Origin: Deinococcales bacterium | GTDB lineage: Bacteria > Deinococcota > Deinococci > Deinococcales > JAAFIG01 | Assembly (NCBI GenBank): GCA_043778225.1 | Contig: JAYWGM010000092.1 | Span: 1 to 64,000 of the forward strand | DNA length: 64,000 bases | Direction of reading: 5' to 3' | Shown here: in pieces, positions 52,046-61,737 of the stretch | Layout of the letters: the number at the start of each line of letters is the position of its first letter | Position numbering within the stretch: position 1 is the first letter of the stretch | Notes under the pieces: model-generated | Told to the model about the DNA's origin: nothing | Seen by the model: only the letters and a program-made list of their open reading frames with translations | Databases searched by the model: none | Translations under genes and position numbers: made by a program

Positions 52046-52438
52046 TTAGTAGGTGTTCAAAACAAATTTGATATTCAAATCGTTGGTAAAAACCTGTGCA
52101 TAATCGCCGCACCCGGACTTGGCTGGCGTACAGCTTGCGTCCACGGCAGCAACGGTGGCGTTTTCGCGCTTGACAAAAGTCCAAGCCAACCGAATTTTGG
52201 CGTTGGGAGCAAATATGCCAAAGGCTGGAAGCGGTGTTGCCTCGAGAATCAAAGAAGTCTCGGTGATCACCACAGGCGAATAAAAGTTATACGAGAAACT
52301 TGGCTGGGTTTGTAGCCCTTTGGCGACGATCGCATCCTGAAGTTGTTGGACTGTGGCTTTGTAGACCGACAGAGGACGCGATTGTGGAATACAACTGACC
52401 GAGACCAAAAGTAGGAGCAATAAAGAAAGCCTTTTCAT
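52046..52438 (-). CDS. Putative lipoprotein
   Basis: MKRLSLLLLLLVSVS-C. Confidence 0.65.
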   Translation of the reverse strand: MKRLSLLLLLLVSVSCIPQSRPLSVYKATVQQLQDAIVAKGLQTQPSFSYNFYSPVVITETSLILEATPLPAFGIFAPNAKIRLAWTFVKRENATVAAVDASCTPAKSGCGDYAQVFTNDLNIKFVLNTY

Positions 52439-52532
52439 AATTCGAGCATAACAAATAGTTTTAAGGCAAGAAAAGGACATTGGTTTATTCTGCCAGCTGT
52501 AACTGCATCTCAACCTGCGCTCGGCTTGGCGG

Positions 52533-52727
52533 TCAATTGTCGAGCATCACGGTAAGCGTTAAATTTGCTAAAATCGCGGCTCGTGCTACCTCAATTGCCA
52601 TCAGGCGCTTATTGACCCTGCGACCAGTGGCATAAGCAATTTCGATGCTCGAGTCTGGCGAATTGCGTGGAAAAATAAATTGGTCGGCGTGTAAGTAAAC
52701 CAGTTCGCTTGATGATAAATTTTTCAT
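52533..52727 (-). CDS. Short hypothetical protein or gene fragment
   Basis: TAAACT-6 nt-ATG; 64 aa. Confidence 0.3.
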   Translation of the reverse strand: MKNLSSSELVYLHADQFIFPRNSPDSSIEIAYATGRRVNKRLMAIEVARAAILANLTLTVMLDN

Positions 52728-52750
52728 GTTGGCAGTTTAAGACATAATTG

Positions 52751-53509
52751 TCAGCTTTCCAATTTGAGAATTTGGGCTTCAAGTCGGGCTTTTTGCTCGA
52801 GATTTTTGGCTTTGTTTTTTGCACGGCGCAAAAATATCAAGGCTCGAGGGTCAGAAAACTCGAGTAAGATTTGGCTGGCTTGGTATAGGTTGTCGAAAGT
52901 TGGATTGGCAGGAATCAAGATATGCTCGAGCCAATGCTGCCGAATTTTAGATTTTTGGCAATCTGGGCAGTTGTGCCGTTTTGCGTCGCTAGAAATAATG
53001 TACTGCTGATGTGCCCAACGCTGCCAACTTTTTGTAACCAAAAATTCTTTGAGGCAAGTATGACAAATCATGGTTTGATCAAAATAAAAATACGGACGAT
53101 GCCCACCAGCAGACTGGAGATTTAGTAAAAAAATTGTTTCAAAATTTGCCAGTTCAGCCCGTCCAGCCTTGACGCAATTATCACAAGCCCAAATTCGCAG
53201 CGTAAAAGGAATTTTGACCCAATGAAATAGATCGCCATTCAGATAGCTAAACCAGACAACTCGAGCCTGACGTGCCAAAACCTCAACGGCGCTGACAAAG
53301 GCTTCGTTTAAGTCCTGCAAACTGCGCTGCTCGAGAATCCGAACTTTAAGACCACAACAAGGACAGGTCACTTGAAAATCATGGCGTTCATATTGCTTTA
53401 AGTTTGGACGATACAAATCTAAGATGCGTTTTTGGCGTTGTTGAAAGACTTTGCGCCATTCTGGGATCCAGTCAGCCTCGAGTAAATGTTTGTCTGATTT
53501 GGCTGCCAT
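52751..53509 (-). CDS. Zinc-ribbon domain protein
   Basis: [16 protein letters not shown]...WQRW...CPDC. Confidence 0.65.
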   Translation of the reverse strand: MAAKSDKHLLEADWIPEWRKVFQQRQKRILDLYRPNLKQYERHDFQVTCPCCGLKVRILEQRSLQDLNEAFVSAVEVLARQARVVWFSYLNGDLFHWVKIPFTLRIWACDNCVKAGRAELANFETIFLLNLQSAGGHRPYFYFDQTMICHTCLKEFLVTKSWQRWAHQQYIISSDAKRHNCPDCQKSKIRQHWLEHILIPANPTFDNLYQASQILLEFSDPRALIFLRRAKNKAKNLEQKARLEAQILKLES

Positions 53510-53627
53510 GAGCTTATTTTACTCGAGTTTTGTCACCTTCACAGGCACAACCGTTCTCGAGCGCTGCAAAGGTGTAAACTTGGTACGTTTTGTGCCGTTG
53601 GGAGACACCCAAGGTATTAGGAGGAAC

Positions 53628-54782
53628 ATGAAACTTCATGAGTACCAAGCTAAGGAATTACTAGCCAGTTATGGTGTGCCAGTGCCGATGGGAAAAATTG
53701 CCCGCACCCCAGAAGAAGCCAAAGCAATTGCTAACGAATACGCTGCCATGACTGTGATTAAAGCCCAAGTTCATGTCGGTGGGCGTGGCAAGGCTGGCGG
53801 CGTGAAACTGGCTAAGGATGCCAATGATGCCTTTGAAAAAGCCCAAGCGATTCTGGGCATGGACATTAAAGGCTTAACGGTTAAAAAAGTCTTGGTCGCT
53901 AAAGCCGTGGATATTGCCAAGGAATACTACTGTGGCTTAATTCATGACCGTAATGTCCAATCTTTTACTTTAATGGTCTCTAAAGAAGGCGGTGTGGACA
54001 TCGAAGAGGTGGCTGCCACCAATCCAGAAGCGATTACCCGATTTGCAATTGACCCAATCAAAGGCTTACGGGCTTTCGAAGCCCGCCAAATTGCCTTGGA
54101 CGCTGGACTCGAGGGCAACCTTAACAAGATTGCTGCAATGATGGTCGGCTTGTGGCAAGCGGCGGCTGGCTCGGACGCGACCTTAGCCGAAATTAACCCG
54201 CTTGTGATTACCACCACAGGCGAAGTGATTGCTGCTGACGCAAAAATAGACATTGATGACAACGCCATGTACCGCCATCCAGACCTCGAGGCGTACCGTG
54301 AAGTTGAAGCCGAGCATCCGCTCGAGGTCGAAGCCAAAGCCTTTGGTTTTAGTTACGTTAAACTCGATGGGCATATTGGCGTGATTGGTAATGGCGCGGG
54401 TTTGGTCATGACCAGCTTGGATGTCGTCTCGAGGGTTGGGGGCAAAGCTGCCAACTTCTTGGACATCGGCGGTGGCGCAAAAGCCGATATTGTTTATAAC
54501 GCCGTTAAACTGGTCTGCAAAGACCCAGATGTAAAGGGCATTTTAATTAACATTTTTGGTGGGATTACTCGCGCCGACGAAGTGGCTAAGGGTGTGATTC
54601 GCGCCCTCGAGGACGGGATTCTCAATAAGCCCCTCGCCATGCGTGTGGCTGGAACAGCCGTAGCCGAAGCTAACGAACTCTTAAAAGATAAACCAATCAA
54701 CATTTATCCAACCATGATGGAAGCTGCTACAGCCGTCGTGGCTGAAGCCGCTCCCGTACCTGTATCGGAGGCAGCGTTATGA
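53628..54782 (+). CDS. sucC: Succinyl-CoA synthetase beta subunit
   Basis: [38 protein letters not shown]. Confidence 0.97.
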   Translation: MKLHEYQAKELLASYGVPVPMGKIARTPEEAKAIANEYAAMTVIKAQVHVGGRGKAGGVKLAKDANDAFEKAQAILGMDIKGLTVKKVLVAKAVDIAKEYYCGLIHDRNVQSFTLMVSKEGGVDIEEVAATNPEAITRFAIDPIKGLRAFEARQIALDAGLEGNLNKIAAMMVGLWQAAAGSDATLAEINPLVITTTGEVIAADAKIDIDDNAMYRHPDLEAYREVEAEHPLEVEAKAFGFSYVKLDGHIGVIGNGAGLVMTSLDVVSRVGGKAANFLDIGGGAKADIVYNAVKLVCKDPDVKGILINIFGGITRADEVAKGVIRALEDGILNKPLAMRVAGTAVAEANELLKDKPINIYPTMMEAATAVVAEAAPVPVSEAAL

Positions 54783-55669
54783 GCATCCTAATCAATAAAA
54801 GCACCAAAGTCTTAGTGCAAGGCATCACTGGGCGCGAAGGCGCTTATCACACCGAGAAAATGCTCGAGTACGGTACACAAGTCGTGGCTGGTAGCACCCC
54901 CGGCAAAGGCGGACAAACCCTCAACGTGCTTGGCAAAAGTATTCCAGTCTATAACAGTGTTCAAGAAGCCAAAGCGGCTCATCCAGACATCGATGCCAGC
55001 ATTATTTTTGTACCACCGCCTGCGGCTGCCGATGCAACCCTCGAGGCGGCTCACGCTGGAATTGCGCTAATTGTCAATATCGCTGAAGGAATGCCGGTCT
55101 TTGACATGATGAAAGTGGTCAAAGAGTTAAAAGAAATGCCAAATGTGCGCTTAATTGGTGGGAACTGCCCCGGTTTAATTACGCCAGGTGAATGTAAGCT
55201 CGGAATTATGCCCGCCAGCACTTTCAAAGCTGGGCGGGTCGGGATGATCTCGAGAAGCGGTACTTTGACCTACGAAGCCAGTGCGATGCTCGCGGCGGCT
55301 GATATTGGTTGCAGCACTGTGGTTGGCATTGGTGGCGACCCCATGATCGGTACGACTTTTATAGATTTACTGCCAATGTTCAACGAAGACCCAAATACCG
55401 ATGCCGTGGTCATGATTGGTGAAATTGGTGGCGCAGACGAAGAACAAGCCGCCGAGTGGATTAGTAAAAACATGAAAAAACCCGTGATTGCTTTTATCAG
55501 TGGGCGCACTGCACCAAAAGGAAAGCGCATGGGTCACGCTGGAGCGCTGATTATGGGCAATGTCGGCACAGCTGAATCCAAGCTCGAGGCGATGGCGAAA
55601 GCCAATGTACCAGTGGCAGATACGATGGAAGATATTATTGTATTGACCAAAAAAGCTCTTGGGTTATAA
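54779..55669 (+). CDS. sucD: Succinyl-CoA synthetase alpha subunit
   Basis: [24 protein letters not shown]. Confidence 0.97.
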   Translation: MSILINKSTKVLVQGITGREGAYHTEKMLEYGTQVVAGSTPGKGGQTLNVLGKSIPVYNSVQEAKAAHPDIDASIIFVPPPAAADATLEAAHAGIALIVNIAEGMPVFDMMKVVKELKEMPNVRLIGGNCPGLITPGECKLGIMPASTFKAGRVGMISRSGTLTYEASAMLAAADIGCSTVVGIGGDPMIGTTFIDLLPMFNEDPNTDAVVMIGEIGGADEEQAAEWISKNMKKPVIAFISGRTAPKGKRMGHAGALIMGNVGTAESKLEAMAKANVPVADTMEDIIVLTKKALGL

Positions 55670-55683
55670 GGTTTTCTCGAGTC

Positions 55684-55714
55684 AAAAAGCGCGGTTAATC
55701 GCCGCGTTTTTTTT
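55684..55714 (+). terminator. Intrinsic terminator
   Basis: AAAAAGCGCGG-ttaatcg-CCGCGTTTTTTTT. Confidence 0.7.
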
Positions 55715-55943
55715 GATGTCAATAACTTTTCGATCTACATTTAGCGTATCAACAAAACACAAGTTATACCGTCTTTACATAGATACTCTGTATTCCGCAA
55801 AAAGCGCGAAATACGCCGTATCCGTCAAAGACGGTCTTTTTTTCACTCCCTTTGGTCGGGAAGTTCTTACGAACTTCCTCAATTTGGTATTATTACGCCA
55901 ACACTGGCATTACCCGAAAAGAAAGCCAGAGGCTTTACATAGA

Positions 55944-56171
55944 TTAAGGCTGATTTGAAACTTTGTCAGTGTGAGCGCGTAAGCGGCTATGGAGCATCAC
56001 CTCGAATTCCTCGCGGGTAGCGTAAGCTCGTACTTCATTACCTGTTTGGATTTGACTGATTGCCTTGGTGGTTTCAAGTTCGAGTTCTTTTTCAAATTCA
56101 ATGGCTTGCTGTTCGAGTAGGCTTTTTTCTACTTGAGTTAATTCTCGAGGCTGGTTTATTACTGCGTTCAT
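55944..56171 (-). CDS. Small hypothetical protein, possible antitoxin
   Basis: 75-aa acidic helical ORF ('AISQIQTG...YATREEF'). Confidence 0.4.
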   Translation of the reverse strand: MNAVINQPRELTQVEKSLLEQQAIEFEKELELETTKAISQIQTGNEVRAYATREEFEVMLHSRLRAHTDKVSNQP

Positions 56172-56190
56172 GTTCACGATGTTACACCTT

Positions 56191-57225
56191 TTAATCTCGA
56201 GCCGCGTGTCCATCTAAGCTGGCGGCTCGGTGTCCCTCAAAAGCTGCGCCCATGCTGACATTCTCGAGACTGACCTCTGGGAAAATTTCGCTAAATAGCA
56301 CTCGTACACTTTCTAAACTCGAGACTTGGGTTATTTGTTGGCGGACTCGGTTTGCTCCAGCAAAACCCTTAAAATAATGCGGCAACACACCGCGCATTTG
56401 GCGCATTCCGGTTTGTTGTCCGTACCATTCGGCATTGAGTAAACAGTGTCGGTAGGCAAGTTGCACAATTTCTGGTAACTCGAGGCTCACCCCGCCCAGC
56501 ACTTCTTGGAATATCCACGGTCTGCCAACTGCGCCGCGACCAATCATGATGCCACTGGCTTTGTGTTGGCGCTCAATAAACATGGCTTTGCTGGTGACAT
56601 CGCCACTTCCAATCAAGGGAATAGACAGGTGGCTCGAGACTTCTTCAATTTTGTCCCAGTCGGCTTGTCCAGAGTACGCCTGGGCGCGGGTGCGTCCATG
56701 CAGGGCAATGCTGGCAGCGCCGCCACTCTCGAGGGCTTTGGCGACTTCAATGGCGTTGTATTTGTCCCAGCCTAAGCGAATTTTGGCGGATACTGGAATC
56801 GGAACGGCTTTGTCGAGGGCAGCAATCACATCATGCGCTAAATCTGGGGTTTGCAATAAGCACGCGCCGCCGCCGTTCTTGACGATTTTTGGCACGGGGC
56901 AACCCATGTTAATGTCAAGGGCTACGGGCTTAAATTCTTCATAAAGTTTTGCGCCTGCTTCTGCCATGATTTGCGGGTCAGAACCGAATAATTGAATGAT
57001 TAGGTTTGGTTCGCCAAGGTAAGGTTCGCCGATTTCAAAACTTTTCTTGCCATTCATGACCACGCCCATGCTCGAGACCATTTCGGTCACAGCCCAAGCT
57101 GCGCCGTATTCACGGCAGAGTAACCGAAATGGCGCGTCAGAAAAACCTGCCATTGGGGCGAGGACAGCCCCGCCAGACTCGAGTTGGGTGCGATGAAAAC
57201 TGGTTTTAGAAGCTGTTACGGTCAT
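56191..57225 (-). CDS. dusB: tRNA-dihydrouridine synthase (DusB-like)
   Basis: LAPMAG, DINMGCP, HGRT, MIGRGA. Confidence 0.9.
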   Translation of the reverse strand: MTVTASKTSFHRTQLESGGAVLAPMAGFSDAPFRLLCREYGAAWAVTEMVSSMGVVMNGKKSFEIGEPYLGEPNLIIQLFGSDPQIMAEAGAKLYEEFKPVALDINMGCPVPKIVKNGGGACLLQTPDLAHDVIAALDKAVPIPVSAKIRLGWDKYNAIEVAKALESGGAASIALHGRTRAQAYSGQADWDKIEEVSSHLSIPLIGSGDVTSKAMFIERQHKASGIMIGRGAVGRPWIFQEVLGGVSLELPEIVQLAYRHCLLNAEWYGQQTGMRQMRGVLPHYFKGFAGANRVRQQITQVSSLESVRVLFSEIFPEVSLENVSMGAAFEGHRAASLDGHAARD

Positions 57226-57321
57226 AGCCTTGCAAGTCTAGCAGAATACAAGTAAAAGTCGAAAGCCAAAAGGCTTAGATTCTCACAGCTTTTTTTTAGT
57301 TTTTAGCTTAGACTGTTCAAC

Positions 57322-58131
57322 ATGAAACAAAGGCTGGTGCTGTTTTTGATGCTGTTCTCGAGCCTAGCGTTAAGTGCTGTGCCGGACGAAAAATCTTGGC
57401 TCGAGGTGGTCGTGCAACAAGCCAATCAGCCAAATGTGGCAATGTATGATTTACAAAAGGTAGCTGACTTAAACCAAGGCACATTTTTGACCGACACCAC
57501 ACGGGCAACGTTAAGATTTCAAAAACGGATTACTTATGTTTTCCCTAACAGCTTTGATGTGATTGTGGATGGTCAAGATATTCGTTTGAATGCGCCAGTC
57601 TTACTTAAAGATAAACGTTGGCTTGCGCCACGTGTGCTGCTCGAGGCATTGCAACTTAAAGCCCCAACCGCCATCGAAGACGATGCGCCTTTACAAACCC
57701 TCGAGTTGCCTTGGGAAAACCTCGAGCTAAAATCTGGCGTGTCTGGTTTGCATCTTTTTTATACTTCTGAATATAATTCGGTGGATGACGCGAGTATTTT
57801 TTTGATGCCATTTGAACTGGTCTCGAGCTTAGACAAAGACTTGCAAACCTCGGTGCGAAATGTCTTGGCGAACCTCAACTTAAATCAAGCCGGTAAAATT
57901 TTATACTTCTCGGTAGCAACCGAAAAAGGCAGCAATCCGATTGACCAACTCGAGTTTATTCAAGGAGCAACTCGCTATGCAGTCGAAAATGGGGCAGGGT
58001 TGTACAGTTTTTCTGGAGTTTTCCCAAAAGCCAGCCTAGGAGCGGTCAAACTCCCAAGCAGTTTTAATCTGCGCCAACCCATCCGAATTATTTGGGGCGA
58101 TTCCAGCGCAGATTATGTGTTTGTTCGTTAG
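57322..58131 (+). CDS. Hypothetical secreted protein
   Basis: Signal peptide; 269 aa. Confidence 0.65.
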   Translation: MKQRLVLFLMLFSSLALSAVPDEKSWLEVVVQQANQPNVAMYDLQKVADLNQGTFLTDTTRATLRFQKRITYVFPNSFDVIVDGQDIRLNAPVLLKDKRWLAPRVLLEALQLKAPTAIEDDAPLQTLELPWENLELKSGVSGLHLFYTSEYNSVDDASIFLMPFELVSSLDKDLQTSVRNVLANLNLNQAGKILYFSVATEKGSNPIDQLEFIQGATRYAVENGAGLYSFSGVFPKASLGAVKLPSSFNLRQPIRIIWGDSSADYVFVR

Positions 58132-58140
58132 GAGTGCATC

Positions 58141-58236
58141 ACGAACGTGCTTTGGCTGAGTTGGCTTGGGATGCCTGTCAAAAATTTTGCTGCCATGTCG
58201 GCTTTCTTTGAAAATGCACTTGGTCTCGAGTTATAA
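58141..58236 (+). pseudogene. Remnant of a VOC/glyoxalase gene
   Basis: SD AGGAG, then ACG in place of ATG; NVLWLSWLGMPVKNFAAMSAFFENALGLEL-stop. Confidence 0.5.
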
Positions 58237-58266
58237 AGTCGAGACCAGTTCAGTTCAAGGTTCTCT

Positions 58267-59574
58267 TTAGCGGCTGTTGCCACGTCCACGGCGTTGGATG
58301 CTCGAGGGTCGTGGGTGTTCACTGCGTGGTGTACCAGCCCCTTGTTGGGTTGTGGCAGTGCGTCCAGCTTGCGGTGAGCGCCTTGGGGCATTGCGACGTG
58401 GGTCGCCTTGTCTCGAGTCACCACGGTCTACGGTCATTTTTTCGCCAACCGCTTTGTAATTAAAGCCTTCGACCCATGAGCGCGGCAGTTTTTGTTGAAT
58501 GGCACGTTCGATGTCGAATAATTGCCCTTCTTCTTCTTTGCTAAAAAAAGTCAGGGCTTCACCAGTCCGTTCGGCTCGAGCCGTGCGCCCAACACGGTGA
58601 ATATAATCTTCGGGGATGGCTGGAACATCGAAGTTAATCACATATTCAAGGTCTTGAACATCAATACCTCGAGCCGCGATGTCGGTTGCCACCAAGACTC
58701 GGTACTTACCCGACTTAAAGCCTTTGAGGGCTTCGGTGCGCTGTGATTGGCTGCGGTTGCCATGAATTCGTTCGCAGTTTACGCCATACCCACTCAAGTA
58801 TTTTTGTAACCCATTAGCACGGTGTTTGGTGCGGGTAAAGACAATCACACTTTCCATTGGGTTTTGTGCCAGCATCTCGAGTAGCAGCGCAGGCTTGAGG
58901 CTTTGTGGCACAGGATAACAACTCTGGGTGATGCCCGTGGCGGGTTTGGCTTGGCGCTCGACGTTTAATGTAATCGGGCGGTTTAGTAAGTCCTTGGCGA
59001 GTTGCCCAATCTGGGTGGGCATGGTTGCTGAGAAAAACAGTGTTTGTTGCGGCTTTGGAATGTGCTGCAAAATCTTTTTGATGCTTGGTAAAAAACCCAT
59101 GTCGAGCATACGGTCAGCTTCGTCAAAAACCAAGACCTCGAGACTATTTAATTTGGCGTAATTGTACTGAAAATGATCCATTAAACGCCCGGGGGTGGCA
59201 ATCAAAATATCGATGCCGCGCTCGAATGCCTGAACCTGTCCTTTCATTGGTACACCACCAAAAATCGTGGCGCTTTTGACGGGTGCGTACTTACCTAGTT
59301 CTTGGATGGCTTCGTGAATCTGCATGGCGAGTTCTCGAGTTGGGCAAAGAATAAGCGCTCTGGTAACACCACGGGTTTTTTTGAATAAACGCTCTAAAAT
59401 CGGCAACACAAAAGCGGCGGTCTTGCCACTGCCAGTCATGGCGCAACCCAGCACATCTCGACCCTCGAGGGCTGGTGGGAGGGCTTTTTCTTGAATATCG
59501 GTCGGGTTTTCGTAACCCGCGTCTTTAATTCCACGTAAGAGCGAGCCATGTAAGGCAAATTTTTCAAATGACAT
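58267..59574 (-). CDS. DEAD-box RNA helicase (RhlE-like)
   Basis: TGSGKT, PTRELA, DEAD, SAT, HRVGRTAR; basic tail. Confidence 0.96.
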   Translation of the reverse strand: MSFEKFALHGSLLRGIKDAGYENPTDIQEKALPPALEGRDVLGCAMTGSGKTAAFVLPILERLFKKTRGVTRALILCPTRELAMQIHEAIQELGKYAPVKSATIFGGVPMKGQVQAFERGIDILIATPGRLMDHFQYNYAKLNSLEVLVFDEADRMLDMGFLPSIKKILQHIPKPQQTLFFSATMPTQIGQLAKDLLNRPITLNVERQAKPATGITQSCYPVPQSLKPALLLEMLAQNPMESVIVFTRTKHRANGLQKYLSGYGVNCERIHGNRSQSQRTEALKGFKSGKYRVLVATDIAARGIDVQDLEYVINFDVPAIPEDYIHRVGRTARAERTGEALTFFSKEEEGQLFDIERAIQQKLPRSWVEGFNYKAVGEKMTVDRGDSRQGDPRRNAPRRSPQAGRTATTQQGAGTPRSEHPRPSSIQRRGRGNSR

Positions 59575-59920
59575 ATTGTAATCCTGTAAACCACGAAACC
59601 TCGAGATTCAGGACGAGAGGCGTAGAAAAGAAAGAGGCGAACTCGAGCGCAAGCAGCCGTCCTGATGAAAGGCTTGCAACAACTGTCTAGCATACACCAA
59701 CAATAGTGAAAGTCATGGGCAAAATAGCCTAAGTATCTACCGCCTTTGTTTTAGATTTTTCAAAATACGGCAAATCTGTCACTTCAGCGGTAGATACGCT
59801 GTCCTTACTCCTTCTAGTCGCAAAATGTTTTAGGAAAAACACCTAAAACATTTCGGGGAGATACTTAGGTGGTGATTTTGGGTTGACGAGCGGATACTTG
59901 ACAAAAAATTGTGGACTTAA

Positions 59921-60520
59921 TTAACGCGAAGTCATATGAACCAGAATTCCTAGGATAGCCTCGAGTTCGGTCAATGTATATTCACGAATATCCAAGGTGA
60001 CTTGTGTTCCCTCGAGTTGTAAAAATCGCCAATCTGTACCACTGGTGACAGCGCCAAAAATCTTTTCTCGAGCCTGATTACGGGCTTGATTAAAACGTTG
60101 TGCCGCGATCATCTCTGCTACACACTGGGCAATCCCGCCAGATAAATCTTCACGTTTTGCCTCTACAAGCATCACCACAGGGGCTTGTACTTGAATTAAA
60201 AGTGGGTCTTGGCTGATTAAAAAGTCACAGAAACCATGTAAACCAAGTTTTTTATCAACATTGAATGCTACGCCAGAAAAAACAGCAATTCGCTGCTCGA
60301 GGATTTCACGAATCTCGACTAGAATGGGGGCGATAATATGTTCGGAACGGGCTTTTTCTGTGCCTTTGCCAATCACAAGTGGTAAATTGCGTTTGAGTAC
60401 AGCGGTTAGTAAATCGCTGGCTTTTTGAAGTTTGACTTGGGCAAATAAATCTTTATTCTGCACAATAGAAAGTGCAAATCGTTGTATCAGTAAATCCAAG
60501 GTGAAGCCTTCGTATGCCAT
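59921..60520 (-). CDS. PD-(D/E)xK-fold hypothetical protein
   Basis: EKARSE..IAPIL, GFCDFL, VEAK, GAVTSGTDWRF. Confidence 0.65.
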   Translation of the reverse strand: MAYEGFTLDLLIQRFALSIVQNKDLFAQVKLQKASDLLTAVLKRNLPLVIGKGTEKARSEHIIAPILVEIREILEQRIAVFSGVAFNVDKKLGLHGFCDFLISQDPLLIQVQAPVVMLVEAKREDLSGGIAQCVAEMIAAQRFNQARNQAREKIFGAVTSGTDWRFLQLEGTQVTLDIREYTLTELEAILGILVHMTSR

Positions 60521-60549
60521 AGCGTTAGCCTAGCACAGCATCTAGCTGT

Positions 60550-60625
60550 TTATAGATACTTTTCGAGCCAACCTAGATACTCTTTTAGCCTAAAGACCCG
60601 CCTATCTGGTCTGCCGCTTTTCGAG
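60550..60625 (-). repeat. Duplicated 3' end of the S9 peptidase gene (copy A)
   Basis: 67/76 identical to 63316..63391; reads SKSGRPDRRVFRLKEYLGWLEKYL-stop. Confidence 0.9.
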
Positions 60626-60701
60626 TTTATTTTATACCGAGTCTCAAGTCGCTCGAATAAAATCATTTACGCAACGAAATTGTTCGAGGTTGAACATAGC
60701 T

Positions 60702-60810
60702 GTGTCAATAATGCTAGTCTATGGATTGGGATTATATCACTCAAGAAGATTTGGCGGCAACACCTACATTTGGTGTCAATAATGCTAGTCTATGGATTGG
60801 GATTATATCA
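60702..60810 (+). repeat. Two exact 38 bp direct repeats with a 33 bp spacer
   Basis: GTGTCAATAATGCTAGTCTATGGATTGGGATTATATCA at 60702 and 60773. Confidence 0.9.
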
Positions 60811-61737
60811 ATGGTCATTACAAGAAATCTTCATACCCAAAAAGCTGAAATTTTGCGCTATTTGCGAGACCGCGCCTCAGAAGCTTATGGCGAAATTGTG
60901 GTGGTTTATGGCGAGCGTGACTTCAAAAAAAGAGGCACAGCGATCAATCAAGCAATTGCAAAAACCATTTCAAATTTGAAGACCATTATTGTGCAACGGG
61001 CTGCAAGTCAAAATTGGAATCAAGAAGAGAAGTTAAAAAATATTCTTATTGTGACTTACTGTTCTTATGTTGTGATGATTGAATTTAGAAATATGGTTTG
61101 GGCATACGAATATATGGCTTTTTCTCGAAGAATTGGCGAATTGTGGGATCCTTTTTGTAGACTTTGTTTTGATTATCCTGTACGCAGCGATATTGAACTT
61201 TATGAACCACCACTTTTTTCAGAAGTCAAAGAACAACTTCAAAATGAAATTCGGATTTATATTGCGAATCTTTATTTGACTCAAGAAGAAAAAAGTAGGC
61301 TTGTTTCTTACTATGATAAGGTTTGGAGCTTGGTGACTTCTGGCGAGATTCAGTTGGAACTTGACCTCCATTTTCGTATTGGAGATATTAATTTCAATGT
61401 TGATTTTAAGAGTGGGTTTCAATCAAATGAAAAAGGAAATACAAATCGCCTACTTTTGGTGGCTTCAATTTATAAAAATATATTGAGTTCAAATAATGAG
61501 TGTCTTTTGCTTGTTCGAGCCAATGAAGATGAGAACAATAATTATTTGCAAACACTCAAGAACTCGGGTATTTGGAGTGTCTATTGTGGTGCGCAAGCCT
61601 ACGAGAAAATTTATCAGTACAGTGGTTTTGATTTGGCTGATTGGATACAAAATAATGTTTCTTGGATAACAGATTTTCTGCCTGAAACACATCAATATCT
61701 CGAGCAAAATGACCTAGCGAAGTATTTAATATGGTAG
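60811..61737 (+). CDS. Putative type II restriction endonuclease
   Basis: ELDLHF...VDFKSGF PD-(D/E)xK-like motif; overlaps the MTase; AT-rich; start could be 60721. Confidence 0.65.
   Translation: MVITRNLHTQKAEILRYLRDRASEAYGEIVVVYGERDFKKRGTAINQAIAKTISNLKTIIVQRAASQNWNQEEKLKNILIVTYCSYVVMIEFRNMVWAYEYMAFSRRIGELWDPFCRLCFDYPVRSDIELYEPPLFSEVKEQLQNEIRIYIANLYLTQEEKSRLVSYYDKVWSLVTSGEIQLELDLHFRIGDINFNVDFKSGFQSNEKGNTNRLLLVASIYKNILSSNNECLLLVRANEDENNNYLQTLKNSGIWSVYCGAQAYEKIYQYSGFDLADWIQNNVSWITDFLPETHQYLEQNDLAKYLIW

Noticed and set aside
55720..55945. Degraded RelE/ParE toxin downstream of the small ORF
   Set aside because: Only fragmentary frames; similarity too weak to support
60702..60810. CRISPR array call
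   Set aside because: Only two repeats, no cas genes or leader; kept as a repeat finding instead
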